The notes under the pieces: generated by a model
What the model was told of the DNA's origin: nothing
Seen by the model: only the letters and a program-made list of their open reading frames with translations
Database searches by the model: none
Shown here: positions 27,526 through 41,800 of the stretch, piece by piece
Position numbering within the stretch: the stretch's first letter is position 1
Layout: each line of letters opens with the position of its first letter
Position numbers and translations under genes: made by a program
Assembly (NCBI GenBank): GCA_002633005.1
Contig: NMRA01000660.1
Location: forward strand, 1 to 64,000
Direction: 5' to 3'
From: Phoronis australis
Lineage: Eukaryota; Animalia; Phoronida
Length of the DNA: 64,000 nucleotides

Positions 27526-28907
27526 TGAAAATCTACCAACAGCGAAGACAGGTCTCCGCTGGAAATCTCCCATCACTCTTCAAGCGATACGGGTTGCGCA
27601 ATTCTAAGACAGAAAAGACGTATGTGACATTTGCTTGACCTTTCGAATTCGCGAGAATTCTCTATATTTTCACGTTTTAAGTTACGTATTTCGGGGACTA
27701 CATGGATATCTATAATGCACGTGGGCAAAATTCATGAATGCGGGGTTTACGCTGGCGTACTTAAGAACCATGGGATTGCTTTACTCTCAAAAATATGAGT
27801 TCATGGAGCAAATTTATTCTTTATTTGTATTTATAACCTCCGCCCTCATTCATCCCCATTAGGCAATTGATCTAAAATAGATAATCGATTAGCTAGTTAG
27901 CTTGGCTTTAATTTATATTTTGATTTAATTTTAATGTTGTACGTAAGTTTTCTAATATTTTCCTTCTGATCAGGTTTCTTACTTAAGTCATACTTAAAAG
28001 GCGTTTGTCATGAATAAATTACATATCTATCTTTACTTCCTGCTGTTAGTAACAATGATGGTGGTTGGTGAAATGACTGACTAACACGTCGTGTCGCTGT
28101 ATTTAGTTGGTGTATGTGACCAAATATTTAATACATTATGAAGACACGAAATTGGCTGGTTTTTCACTTGGCAGTGATCACCGTCTCTAGCTGGCCCAGT
28201 ACCGACGTTGGATGCTTTACGGCGAATTAATCCTCACACTGACTAAAACATCAAAGTTTAGAGCACTTACTGTTACAAAATAGGCCTCAAATTGTTTCTT
28301 AATCAAATTTGTGGCCATTGCATGGCTTCGAAAGATCTGACAGTTCGTCATTGTTCCACTGCAGTCAGTTGGGTTGCCATTCTATGAGGCGAGTATAGTC
28401 TCTACAAGTGGGCTTGTCATTCTATGAGGCGAGTATAGTCTCAAGTAATGACGAACCATCAGACGAGTTCTATGGAAATCCAGAAATCCCTTTCACCCGA
28501 GTAAGGGAAAAGAAGAGACCAACATTCAAATGCGAAGTGGCCTTAATTAAAAGTTGGCTTTCTGAACGGAAGTAGAGATAATAGCTGCTTTGATGATCCC
28601 TCGTTGACAGCTAAATACCGGCGAAATGCCCCTTTAACAGTCTTTTTCCAGCATGTGGCGTTGTTGCCTAGTAACAACATCCGTGAAGTAACGTTGTCAA
28701 CTTTCGTGGACTTTCATGTTTTCGAAATTGCAATAGCCACAAATACAGACTGAAATTCGTTATAAAGTGCGTTATTTGTTCACCTGCGAGTTGTTTAGGA
28801 AGGCTTTTTCTAGACCTACAGTACACGCTAAAAACCTTAATTAATATGTCAGGTGGTTCAATGTCCGATCTTTCAAATTCTTTTAAAAATCAAAATACAA
28901 ATAGCCG

Positions 28908-29138
28908 AATTCTGGAATCTGCTTAAGTGAATTAGCGACGACTTCAGCTTGGCTTGTGTTACTATCATTCTGGTCAATAGGTGGCGTTTTAATTAGAAGA
29001 CTTGGAAACGAGGTCAAACCTGTATCGTCTGCTTAAATGGCTACCTATTGGCCAAAACGATAGTTGCACCACTGGCCAAGCTGAAGCTCGTGAGAGACAG
29101 ACGCAACTTCAGTAACTCAAGTTAGCAAATTCTAGTAT
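28908..29138. mobile_element. Palindromic MITE-like element between the convergent 3' ends
   Basis: CTTCAGCTTGGC...ACTATCATTCTGGTCAATAGGT pairs with ACCTATTGGCCAAAACGATAGT...GCCAAGCTGAAG. Confidence 0.65.
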
Positions 29139-29789
29139 CCGACTTACGTTTTTATATATTCCGATACCTTAACTGGACGTCTTAAAACCTTCTATCTTTT
29201 TGAACTTTCATTTATATCAAGGTCATGTATAACGTCGCACCTCTTTTACCTTCAAACGACCAAAATGTGACATTATTTTAAGAAAGTATTTTCATGATTG
29301 TCATTTCCGTTGTCTCAGAGATTCTGAGCATAAAAACTGTAAAATGTTTACTTCAAAAACTGAGTTGCCTGTAATTTCATGATTAAAATAAAAATAGCAA
29401 TTTCCTCCCGAAGATTGCGGTCACATGATTACGAATGAGGCTTAAGTTCTTGTGTTTCCATTTATCGAGGAATCAGAAAATATCTCGTTGTTTCAAATAA
29501 AATTTGTTAGTTGTTTTAACAAAGTCTGACAATCGTAAGAGGTGGTTAAGTAAGAGCAGACGAACCCTCTCCGTCTCCTGCTACCAATGAGCCAATTACG
29601 TGGACATTTTAACTACTGATTTCCTTATGGCAAATATTTCAACCACGTTTTAGAGAAAACGAAAATAATTGTGCATTTAAGAAAATTACAGTGTCAATAA
29701 AGGCCTATATTTTACATACTGAATAGCAATGACACATGAAAAAGAGCTAAATAATAAAATAAATGCAGTATAAGATAACCACTTACTTA

Positions 29790-29940
29790 TACGGTGTAGA
29801 TTGGGCGCAGACTTTTCAACCTGGTCCGCCAGGTCTTTCTCAATGTGTGAGAAGTTTCCCGCCTTTCGATGATTAAGAATGTTTGAATAAACGGGAGGTA
29901 AGTTGAGACCTCGATCCCGGTTCAAGAGAGGTCGCTGAGT
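29790..29940 (-). mobile_element. 3' remnant of a Penelope-like element
   Basis: QRPLLNRDRGLNLPPVYSNIL resembles the C-terminus of Penelope GIY-YIG ORFs; it is followed by TTGAGAAAGACCTGG-CGGA-CCAGGTTGAAA, a pLTR hammerhead-like hairpin. Confidence 0.6.
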
Positions 29941-30559
29941 GCTGATATTGTTAATAAAATTAAAAAGACATAAAAAAGCATTTACATTGAAAAAATGCAT
30001 TAACACATGGAATCGCCGTTCGTCATTGTTATGGCTGAAATGAAGTCGGTTACAGAAAACACAAACACACTTTTGTCAATGTTTCCCTATCAATTCAAAA
30101 TGATACTAATTCAAATGTCAGCCTGTGAAAAAATGTTGACTGCGAAGGGATCGCAAATCTTTTAAACTATTAAATTACTCCAGTCTTTACTATAGAGCAA
30201 ATTTGTGATAGTAGACTGTCTCCCTCTGGTCAAATGGTCCACACTGTGACACTGCAAGTGATCACATAGACAGTTGACAGAGTCAGTCTTGGCTAAAATT
30301 GTCTATTATAACAAGGTTTAGTGTCATTTCAAGAAACGAACTTAGAAGGCATAAACATTACTGCAGAAAAATGAAATAAAAACAGTGATAAACTAAAAAC
30401 ACGCATGTCCATTGCCTAGTTTCACAAGCTACGTTCGCGTTAAATTAACCATACATAAAAATATTGCATACATTCCGAGCTCAAGGCTCTGAAAACAAAC
30501 CAAAAAAGCCAGTAATACAAAAGCTATGCATATAGTATATTGTTTTGTGGTATAAAAGT

Positions 30560-33500
30560 TCAACAGTCGTCTTTCCCTGAATCAATGACTTCGTACATGA
30601 AATCGTCACCGCACTTCACAGAAATAAACGTCTTCCTCAGAGTCAACATGTCTTCCAACATGGGGGCGAGGACGTTAAATGATGGTCGTTTGTGAGGTAC
30701 CTCTCTCCAGCACATTGTCATCAAATCGTACCTGAAGAATTCAATTTTATGTTAATTTTGAGCACATGATCAAAGCTACGATACACAGTATTTCGTCAAA
30801 ACAGACAGGTATAGAAAACCCCTTCTCGATCGTTTAAAGTCATTGAAGTTGTCCAACGTTTCCGGAGCGGAAAATGAGTTACATTCCGGACCAATATCGC
30901 ACTGGAACTCCAGGTGGGGGTTTAAAATAACAACGAAAATTTGTTTGTCACTCCTCGATATCGTTACAGTGCAGCATGCAAACCTTGGGCCAAACAGGAA
31001 ACGGAAAGCACAGACATTCTATTTGAAGTACCGCGATTACTTAGCGCTGATCCTTAGTTTGTACGGTAATAATAACAATAAAAATAGAGAAAACAGTAAG
31101 GATGATATCCCGTAAGCTAGAATGTAATAATTCACCGAATATTACCCCTATAGTGTCAGAATGCAATCAAGATAATCATCATCATCTAACGAAAATATAT
31201 CCAACAAAGCATTTTTGTACAGTGGCCTCCACCAGCTTTTAATGGTGCACAGGGGCGGATCCACGATTTTGAGTTAGGGGGGAGGCAGTGCACTGGGATA
31301 ACCCGAATTTTGCCACATGCGTGCACCCAGCCTAAAATGTAGATAAGCAGGGGTCTCAATTTTTTTGGTGTTTGAGCCTTATCACTAAAAAAACGGTAAA
31401 CGTGCTTTGTTCAAGGCCTATGCATTGTGCATTCGCTCCCCCCGAGCCCCCCTGGGCGCGCGCAAATGCTAATCATCAATTCCCACTCAGAACTTCCAAA
31501 TGGTATCTGGAAAAATTTTAGGGGGGGCATGGCCCCCTTGCCCCCCTAAGTTCGCCACTGGTGCACCACCGTATATACAAAGTGCGAACCAATATGTGCA
31601 ACGTGGTGTCTACTTATCCGTGTTATGTTTTCAATGCGAATTACAACTTTGAATATTTTGGTAAAACTCACAAAAATGACCGGATACCTCCCTGTTTTTG
31701 CCTCATATTGTCAGTACAAGCAGCCATTTTCGGCTCATTTTTTGGACTTTTTTAAATTTGTTAGTTCTCAGGAAATGCCAAGAATGCTACATGTAAGTAT
31801 GCGCAGCTGGTAAGAAATTAAAAGGAAAAAACATCATTAGAGACACTCGTGTGGTTGGTGAATAATTTTGTCGTTTGGGCTGATGTGGGGTAGAAGTATG
31901 GCCTCCAAGGGTTGGTGTGTCTTTTAAAAATAGTGCACATGAATCACCGGCTGCTACTCTCATTTCGATTTCAACCCATAAAATATATTAAGGAGATACA
32001 TCCTAGCATGGAGTACTCCAATAATCGGAACTCCTGGATGTCTGGTTTATGAAATTACAGGGCTAATTGTATCCGGCCGAAATAACCAGATCGATGCTCT
32101 GCAACATTCAACTTAAATGCGTAAACATATCTCGAATTCCGAGCAAACGCGTACATAGTCTATCTATGGACAAGGCGTACTCTCATCGTATACTTGAGTG
32201 TACTTGCACTAACTCAACTTTACTGTAAACAGTTTCAGTAAGTAAGAAATACTCAACGTTAACTTACACATCCTCACTGCAGTTACAGGGCTGTGGCATC
32301 CTGTAGCCAGACTGGAGCTTAGCTAACAGATGACTGCTGGATGCTCCACTGTACGGCGTCCCTCCTGAAAGAAAGAGCAGAATTTTATTGGTGTAGGAAG
32401 TACTACCATGGCCAGAACCTGCATAGTGTGGTAAAGACAATGAACGGGAGAAAGCTCTAATGACACTATTTCTGTTCATTGTGCTGCTGCACACCACGTC
32501 TCAAATGCGATGAGTCCCTTTCAATTATCGTTACAGCAAGAGCTTCACAATACCTGGTACAAACATAATTTAATATCCTTATTTAGAGACGTGTATATCA
32601 CTTTGTAGTCACACTACTCCAATAATAAATTTATTTAAACATTCTGACACCATTTTCGTTCAGATACGATGTTTGCTAGCAAATTACACTTAAAAGTCTT
32701 AAAACTTACCAAGCGTCACGATCTCCCACATCAAAATTCCAAACGACCACCTGAAAATGCACAGACATAATAACACTATATTATATTCATTTTCAAAACA
32801 AGTGTGTTTTTCAGCTATGTTAATACAAACTGGAATCCTACAAACCGAAAAATTCTCAGAAAAAATGTGCTTTTGAATTGCCTTTTCAGTGCCATAATAC
32901 TTTTTCACATGTCCGAACATGTCAATGAATCAGCTTTACCATCTAGTTAAGAAGGACCTCTGCGTATCAAAAGTTGTGGCGATCCCGGTTCATCAAAACT
33001 GCTTCACACCGGAAGTGTCAAGTGCTACAGAGTTTATCAAGGTTAACCAATCGTTCAAAAATGTGATTCACATCAGTCACGTTGCATGTACATGCATAGC
33101 ACTTTGATGGTGGGTACCAATTAATGACATGACCAAGGCATTTGTTAGACACGTTACTTTAGGTCAACGTATCTTCGTGCACTGTAACCAATTTGACCAG
33201 AAGCTGTCAAATCAACCAACCAGCAAAATTTTAAGGTTAGTAATCTAAAAAAGAAACAATTGTCGCGGTACAGAATTTTTAGCAAGAGTCGTTTTTCGCT
33301 GTGGGTGAGTTGGCGTTGTTGCCTTCAGCCCCCATCGTTTTAATCCATTTCTAAGCACTAAGTCAGGATGACCCATGCCGTTGGGATTTTGTTTCGGATA
33401 CCGGGAGACAGAGGTAAGTGTTGGAGATAGCACTGCATGCATTCTGTTCACGAAGTGCTTTACCTGACATGGTCACAGACACAGACATCTTAATAGTGTG

Positions 33501-35872
33501 GTCACACAATATCCCAGTTACAAGCCCCATCTTAATGATCTAAATACAACTACAGAGTTCGGTTATACATTTATACAGGATCACCTTCTGCGTTCAGTAT
33601 TCTGCAGCGTAAACAAGACCTCACATACTTTACTTAATGTGCATGTTAGGGCTTCATGATTCTCTTAAAAACTTTGTCAATCATAGCCAAGTAAAAATAG
33701 CGTACACGTCACTTTTTGTTGTATACGACTGCTCAAAGAGTGACTCGGGCGCTATCCAACGTATTGGAACCCTGGTCTGCGTATGTTTCACATAGATGTC
33801 TCCTTTTCTGCTGAGTCCAAAATCAGATATCTTGGATGTCAAGTCTTCGCTAAGCAGTACATTTCTCGCCGCAAGGTCACGGTGAATTATCTGTAAAAGA
33901 GATACAGTAGACACGTTTTGTGCTTCCACAATACACCAAGCAGGGTGTATGATAGGCCCCAGACCTAAAGCATCAGTTGAACTCTAAAATAGTGAAAACA
34001 TAGGGAGAAGCGCTGAACAATCTTCCAAAAATGACGACTCATTCGTAGTCGTTGTTGTTTTACAGATCAAACTTTCATTCGTGCCCTTGATAGTAGCCTG
34101 TAATACTTTTCAATACATTGGATTTGGACAACAAGCACCATGTATACTTCATTCTCGAACCTTAGAAGCAGCAAGATGCTTCATTCCTCTGGAGACATCC
34201 AGCGCCATTTGCAGCAACTGTTTCTCACTGAGACTTGTCGTGAAACCAGCATTTACGTAACCAGAGTCCATGCGACTGTTTCGTAGAAATGTTCGTAAGT
34301 TACCGTTCGAAGCATATTCCGTAGCTATAAACAGAATACCTGTAACAGCAAAAGTTTGAAGAAAAAGGAAATGTTTCGAATTGAACACAAAATCATCACT
34401 ACGAATAATATCAGATAGCAAAAAATAAACATAAATGCGATTCGCTTACTGTAAATGTCATCACAGTGATGTTGAAATGAGCCCAGCATGTGATGTTACT
34501 ATGGGTTAACTTGGAATCCCACTTAATCTCGAGATCACGTATGCGTGTACTTCGTATTATATATTCATTAAAATAATCTTGCCAAAGGTTTTGTACAAAG
34601 TAAAGAGTAATTTTAATTATTGGCCCCACGATCAACCATCTTTTCTTCTTCACCTGAATCTGTGTTACAGAATGTAAATGGTTAACCGTTTATTGTTTGG
34701 TGAATAATAACGGTACAGGTTGGTTAAAATTTACACTATTTCATTAACACCATATTTGTTTTAGTGCAGTGCAGTTTTCTATATTCAGTCAGCATGACAA
34801 ATTTCTTAGATTATTTCCAGTTCCCGCAAACGGAATCGTGGAATCAGGCAGAATTTCATGTTTGAGCACAGCAAAGTATGCTCAACTTGAAACCACCGGC
34901 ATATACGTGTATAGGATTGCACTAACAGAGATTGGTTATGACTAGGGTTTCTGTACATGTAAATCGTCTTGAAACGCTCTCCCAATGGTATCACCATTAG
35001 AAACGGTGCAACGTATTTTGACTGTTAAGTTACGATTATGCAGTGCACCTCAACCGGAGTGCGTTCTCTAACCCTTCTCAATTGCGAGACATTTCTGTCT
35101 CGAAGTCATGCATTACAGCGGAAATATTACGTTTTCTTCGATAATTTGACATTTCACCATCGCAATCCAGAGTGGTCATTTCGGTAGTGCACGCCAGCAA
35201 GACTGCAAGTTAACTTGCGAAACAGTAGCGTGATTATTTGCCTTTCACAACAGTTCGTTTGGCTAATGACGGCTATCCCGCAAGGAACTAGCCTTACGGT
35301 ACGCTGCCTAGATGATTACTGATAAACCAACTTTAATTTGATCATCGAGACGTGCTGCGTCAACTGAAGAGACTTTACCTTCATGTTCACAAGCTCCAAT
35401 CAACGATACAATGTTGGGATGACTTCCAACTTGACTGAGAATGTTTAACTCTCCAATAAAATCGAGCCTGTCCTTGTCTGTGGCAAGAGCTATAACGTAA
35501 ATTATTAATCAGACAATGCCGATCCAGTTACTGTTATATGTGTATGAAGACACACGATTTTCAGATCAATAGCAGAAATGTGTTATTTTCAATTCACATT
35601 TGAAAACATATGACGTAAACAAGGTGTCTCTAATACCAGGTGCAATATACGTAGTTACCGTTTAATTGTTTTAAGGCCACTTTAATTGTAGAAGTGTTCT
35701 TGACGAGGGTCGCAGATTGAACATCCCCAAAATTTCCTTTACCGATGACGTCAACGAAAGATATAGAAGCAAATGGTATCATCCAGAAGTTAGGCTCCAT
35801 CTTCTCATATGCATTGGAGGTTGGCCTGCTGTGAGCTGTGCTCTCGCACGTGTCGGATGTGTTATTTGTACA
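30560..35872 (-). other. Tyrosine kinase domain, intact
   Basis: [58 protein letters not shown]...RPSF. Confidence 0.95.
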
Positions 35873-38800
35873 CTGAAAGTGAAAAATACAGAATTACATC
35901 GTCTGCCGTTTACGGAAGGTAGGTGCACTCCCAGTGCAATGATTGTTTAAGTACTACAGCAATGTAGCAAAACATGGAATCGATCACAGCACCACAACCA
36001 TGCAGTTGATAAGATTTTTCCTATTCTAGGTTCGGGCACATGATACATTTTTCTTGGTTTCTGGGTAATTGTTTTTTTTCATTTCGAACCTTGGCTTGTC
36101 AGGTTTAGAAAAATACGTTTACAAGACTGGATATACTGTGTATGTATTGGTCAGCAGTCATGTCTAGGCAAGTTTTGTGAGTATCACATGTATGTACAGA
36201 TTTAGAAAAAATTGACAAACTTGCTAGACTTGCATGTTTCTTACCGAATGATCACCAACATCGCCATATGTAAAAAGCTCCAAAGCAGTTTGAAGACTCT
36301 GAGGCGTTCGTCTTGAATGAGCTGAAATATAAAATGCACATATTAGAAACAAAGTCTTTCTCAGTGTACCTGTCTGGTCTATATGAGCCTGCTCTGAATG
36401 ATGGGTGGTTTTTAGAAATGAAGTGACATCAGAAAATTCAATCCAAGTTTGGTCTACCACTTTATGAAATTCATTTATTTAATTGTTGACACACAGAGTT
36501 CCAGAGACCAGGGGCCCGTTCCAACAAAACTGACTTAGCTAAGACAAATCTTAAATTTTAGTTAATTTTAAGATAAAAATTAAATTTGTCTCGCGACCGT
36601 TTCAAGAAAGAGATCTTAAGTTTGAATTAAATTTTTGTCTTAATTTTAACTACCTTACGGGATGTGGAAGTTTCAAATTATGGAAGTTAAGACAAATCTT
36701 AGACTTAAGTAAAAATGAACTGAAGTCAGTTTCTTGGAACAGTCCCCAAGTTTATGAAAGTTTGGCAAGAACGCGCCAGTGCACGCAAAATCCCAAAAAT
36801 GGCAGGCAAATGTTTCGGGAGTACAGTCAAGATCTCAATAGCGTGGATTAGCAGCAAGATTTTAGTTTATTTTGTTCAATTCTCGCCGCAACTATGGCTC
36901 ACGTGTCTTAAAATACAGAATGCTGCTCAGACCAAATGATGATTTACAAAGCTATAGCGTGTATCAATACCTGGTTCACTAATGTTCTCAGTCATGTCCG
37001 CACTATGCTGCATCTGTCTTCTTTTCCTGAATTATAGAAAAACTGTGAAGATAACGTAATACTAACAGACAATGGTTTTTAGATAAACACCAGGGCTGAG
37101 TTGCATAAACCTTCAAAAGATATCCGCTGGATAAGTTTGATTGTTGCATGACGTCATGTGCATTGTTCAACAATAACAACGTGTTGCGTGATAATGCGAC
37201 GTCATTGTTGCTATACGGCGTATAACTTTTATGCAACTGGGCCCAGGTGGTACTTATTTGCAAAAATAAATCCCCATGTGAGATAAACAATATTTATTGG
37301 TCAGTAAATAAATGGTCTTATGGCAAAAATAACCCGAAAATCAAGTACTCATATTTGATTGGAAAGGTGTATATGTTCGTCTTATTATTAATCACGACAG
37401 TATGTATTATGATCAAAATTTGTTCCGATCGACTATATTTTAAAATTAAAAATTTTGCTAATAAATTACTTGAAATTTATTTGTTTATATACATATTAGG
37501 CCTATCAGAGGAGTTGGGTTATACCTACAAATAAAGGATACAGTACTTACCTATATACAGCAAACCCAATGAAAGCAACCACCAATACCAGCGATCCACA
37601 ACCTACACCGACTAATAAACTCACAGAAGAGGTGCTGTAATCTCTCACTGTTGGGGAGGAACACATGAACAAGCTCACGTTAAGCACCAATAAACCAGTC
37701 TTGATAATGAGCACATTTACTACTACACACCAAAACAGGGCCCATCCGCTATTCCTCCCTTCCCTATATTTCCCAATCCTATGTCCCTCATCCATATTAT
37801 TCACCAGTCCCGTAGGGATGTTCCCACAAATCGTTGAAGAGCCCCCATAAGAGACTTGATAACCTTTAGTAAACCTGTTGCTGAGAAACAAGCCAAAATT
37901 TTCAAAAAGTATTTTTCTGTTTTCCGGCTTCTTAGTATCTAATGGGTGGAATACCGTCAGACTCTCATCGGCATATTCCAGTCAAGGTCTAGTTCATGTG
38001 GCCTCAAGACCGACGAAAGTTCGCTAAGTGGGAAATCGAATTCGTTCTCTGATACTTCAAGTACTTGAGTGTGATGCCCGTATCCACTCTCCTCTCCATC
38101 TGAGAAAAAACTGTCCAGTTCTCACTCAAAATCGTCCTCGTATTCCGATCTGCGGTGTTCCACCATTGTAATCGATTGTCAAGTGACTAAATGTCTTCCA
38201 TTCATTACATCATTCAGCGGGAAAGTTGGAAATTTTTCTTCAAAATTAAAACAGATGCCACTATTTGAAACAAAAAGTGCTTATTTAGTTGGAGTTTGTG
38301 ATGTTCATTTCATAGTTGCCAACTGAAATCTGAAATGCACGGTGGGGACTTTTTAATATAGTGTCGTTCCAGATGACGCAGCGATAAAACCCTAATTGTC
38401 CCAGATGTAAGAAAACGTGTTGTTTTCAATGACCTAGTTTTAAAATGACAGGCATATTGCCAAAGGTCACGTAGGAAACCGTCGAAAGTATGGCCGTGGC
38501 AATGTTTCCGATTTCAACCTATTTAAAGTACCCGAATCGAACGGTATCTTCAAGAAAATGGACTGTTTTTGGTTCGAAATTGACTTGACGAGCTTGCTTT
38601 ATCCATCGGCTTTATCCATCGCTCGGCGTTTATTTTCTTTCATTTTATGTCGGATAGGCGACTAACTTGACATCACAAACCCACGTACTATACTCTTAAA
38701 GCTTAACCACCTTTTTAGCGTCTCAGTTGCGGCCCAAAGCACAGCAGTAATGTTTCGTTGGCATTGGAAGGCCGAATAGTGTAATAAAAACAAGAACAAT

Positions 38801-41800
38801 TTGCAAAAAATATAACAACAAATAATACGTGGAACTCCAATTAGGCGAAAACGCCAGGCTACAAAACTGCTTCTCGGATATTTCGGTATTATAGGTAAAC
38901 GCATCCATATTCTAGTGCAGCTGTGTAATAGGGGACGGCCCTATTCAGTTTCTGCGTTAAAATGGTAACGTTTTGATGAGCTTAAAAACCATGAGCGGTG
39001 GGTAACCCCGGTGGTACATCGGCGCAGGTGGACACAGGGCCAAGGGAGCATCGGTGACGGGTATGACCAGGGGAGCGTCGAGGTGTGGAGCATAGGACCG
39101 AGGGAGAATCGGGACCAGGAAATGTAGGGCTGAGGGAAAAAAAGGACTGTGGAACATCGGTCGGAAACTGTGGATCAGACGCACACGAACAGTTTGAGTT
39201 CGTTTGCGTTAGCTTCTTGTTTGCATATGCGGATGGGTCTTAAATATCGAGACGGGGCCGCTGTTCCTCGCACCTTATAGTACCCCGTCCCGATGTTGTC
39301 CCTAATCTTTAACGTATTTATGTGCGTCCAGGTGTGATATTTTGGTTCGCCTCTGGTGCATTAGCCTAGGCATGTGCGCCGAAATTAACTAAAACAGAAT
39401 TCTTATAATTTACCGGGACCCTTGCGCGCTTTTCGGTCTTAGTATCATTAATAAGCAATAAATTCTATGATCAACACAAAGGAATTGAGTCTTGATATAC
39501 AGAGAACCTATGGAGGGTCGTGGTGAAGTTCATGGTGAAAGAACGGTTCTCCCATCGTGATGACTGGGTAGGGGGAAACCCGGACAGGGGAACATAGAAA
39601 TGGAGGAATATAGGAACAAGAAAATAGCAGTATTAACCCAGGGATCGTGAACGCAAAAGTGCATGTCTTTTTCTGTAAGTCTTGTAATTTTTCACGTCCA
39701 TGAAATGTCATTCAAACGTTGGTCTATGCCCTACCTTCCTCTTCAAAAGTCTTATAAATGGGAATGCTCCAACTGCCCCAGTCAGTGGTCTTTGCACGAA
39801 GCTGTAATGTGGATACATCGAAAGAATCTTTAAAGTATTAAATGATTTTTTATACCACAATATTAGCGCCGAATGGCAAATACAACCTTGTAATAAACCA
39901 GTTAGTTATCTCAGTAATGAGATAACAGTTTGGCGGGAAACCGAGGCCGGTTTCGAACCCGGGTCTACACCATTCAGCGCCTGAGGTCATCAAACGTGAA
40001 AATATGATATTTAAATGAACACGAGCAGCAATCCATGTTCAGCAAAGAGCATTGTACCGACATTTATACGCTGTGAAAAATCAGACGCATGATTTCCATA
40101 AAAACGTTATTCTAATTCAGTGAAATTTTTCTCTCGCGTTCTCTCACTTGTAAATCACCGATCTCCAATTTGAATGCGGGTATGGTGTCGTCGGGATCCT
40201 ATGACCTGAGCATTGCACTCAGTTACTAGTGGTAACCTACTTTAGCAGACGATATTTTCCCGGTCGAAGCTTAGCGTGATAAAATGTGTAGTAAGCTATA
40301 ATAGTTGCTAAACCTTAATTTATAGATTCACTTTATTCCTATTTTGTTTAAAATTTTCATTGGTTTTGAGTAAAAGCATTATTTGCTAAGAAGCTCGACT
40401 TTTCTTAAAACGTCATGACCTCTGACCCCGGGCCTCTGACAAAGAAAGTAGTTACAAAGCCGACGACAGTCGCAATAGGTAGATCCATTAATTGCAATGT
40501 TTCTCGTTCAGTATGTGGTATAAAGAGATTATTACATGTTCTCAGTCGGTATCCCCCTTATCTAGATCTCTCGTGGATTTTGTAGAATCATCACCCTCTG
40601 GGCTAACGCCCCTCGGGCGATAATTCTCCGAAATCCACTCGGGGTCTAGATAACGGGGGATAACGACTTTGCTACATGTGTGTAATAATATATATGTCAC
40701 CGCTTGTACGTACTGCATACATTAAATTCACAATTCTGTCATTCCAAGCAGTGGCGTGAAAGATGACCACATCACATCCATGGTTGAAATCATTGATGAA
40801 GATGACTTACAGTATAGCCGATCACATTCTCGTGATTGAAGGAACACAGGTTGCACATGGCTAAGGTAAATTATCCAGGGGGCAATTTGAATCTGTTTGC
40901 ATTCACTCATATATCACTGCGCATCTCATGAACAAATACGTATATTCAAGACATAAGTCATTCTGTTTTCACTTCAGACCACTATCAACCTCACCTGAAA
41001 CGTGTATGTGTCCTTGGTTTTCAAATTGTGAAGCTTTAAAGAAGAACAGTCCTTACACGTGGTTATGCTGTGAGAGTCACCAGTGTCGTTAAGACTTCTG
41101 TGTTTCAGCTGATATTCCCGTATGACGCCGTTAGGGGGACACGGTGGCATCCAGGCAATAATGGCGAACGTTGAGTTCATGTCTACAACACTTAGATTCC
41201 TCGGTGTTGGTGGAGCTATTAGATTTTAAAAGTAGCAATAAATAAAGAACTCTAAAAATAAATCGAATTTCTAGGCAACTAAGCCTGATAATTATACTAT
41301 CAACCACTGCATTCCCATTACTAACATTTCATGCTATCATTTAAGAATGCAATTCTTTCCGAGCTATATGACACTCATGTTTTAATTAATTCACGAATGC
41401 AGGGGGACAAATTTCCAATTCAACACCTGCAACATCAAGTTAGGAGAACTGACGACGGAACACTTAAGGCTATGGATAACGTCCCGATTTAGTTACATTT
41501 GGACCATTATATCTCCGGAGCGGCTCATGGGGTTCAGGTCGTACATGTATGCATTATGCACTGTGTTCTAACATATTGCTTAGAATATTCCACTTTTGCG
41601 CGAGGCAAAATCAAATTTATGATTTTGTATACAACTTGAATGTTCTAGAAAACAATAACAAAAACTTCAAAAATGGCGTTTTTGAGATTTGAAATTGAAG
41701 ATATTTACCAAGTAGGGATTGATCATGCAATTGTTATCGTAAGTTTTGCAATGAAAGTATCTTACTTTTGATGAAGAGACACTGTCACGTGAACCATTTA

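Noticed and set aside
28378-28442. 25-bp direct repeat CATTCTATGAGGCGAGTATAGTCTC
   Set aside because: Two copies 40 bp apart; an ordinary local slippage duplication.
37648-37891. Second hydrophobic segment in ORF 37547-37891 suggesting a two-TM kinase
   Set aside because: It lies upstream of a good acceptor (CCCCAACAG, exon boundary 37647) whose phase matches the preceding FN3 exon; treated as intron.
39935-39985. tRNA gene (minus-strand GGTTCGAAACC B-box)
   Set aside because: No full cloverleaf or clear A-box; at most a decayed tRNA-derived SINE head.
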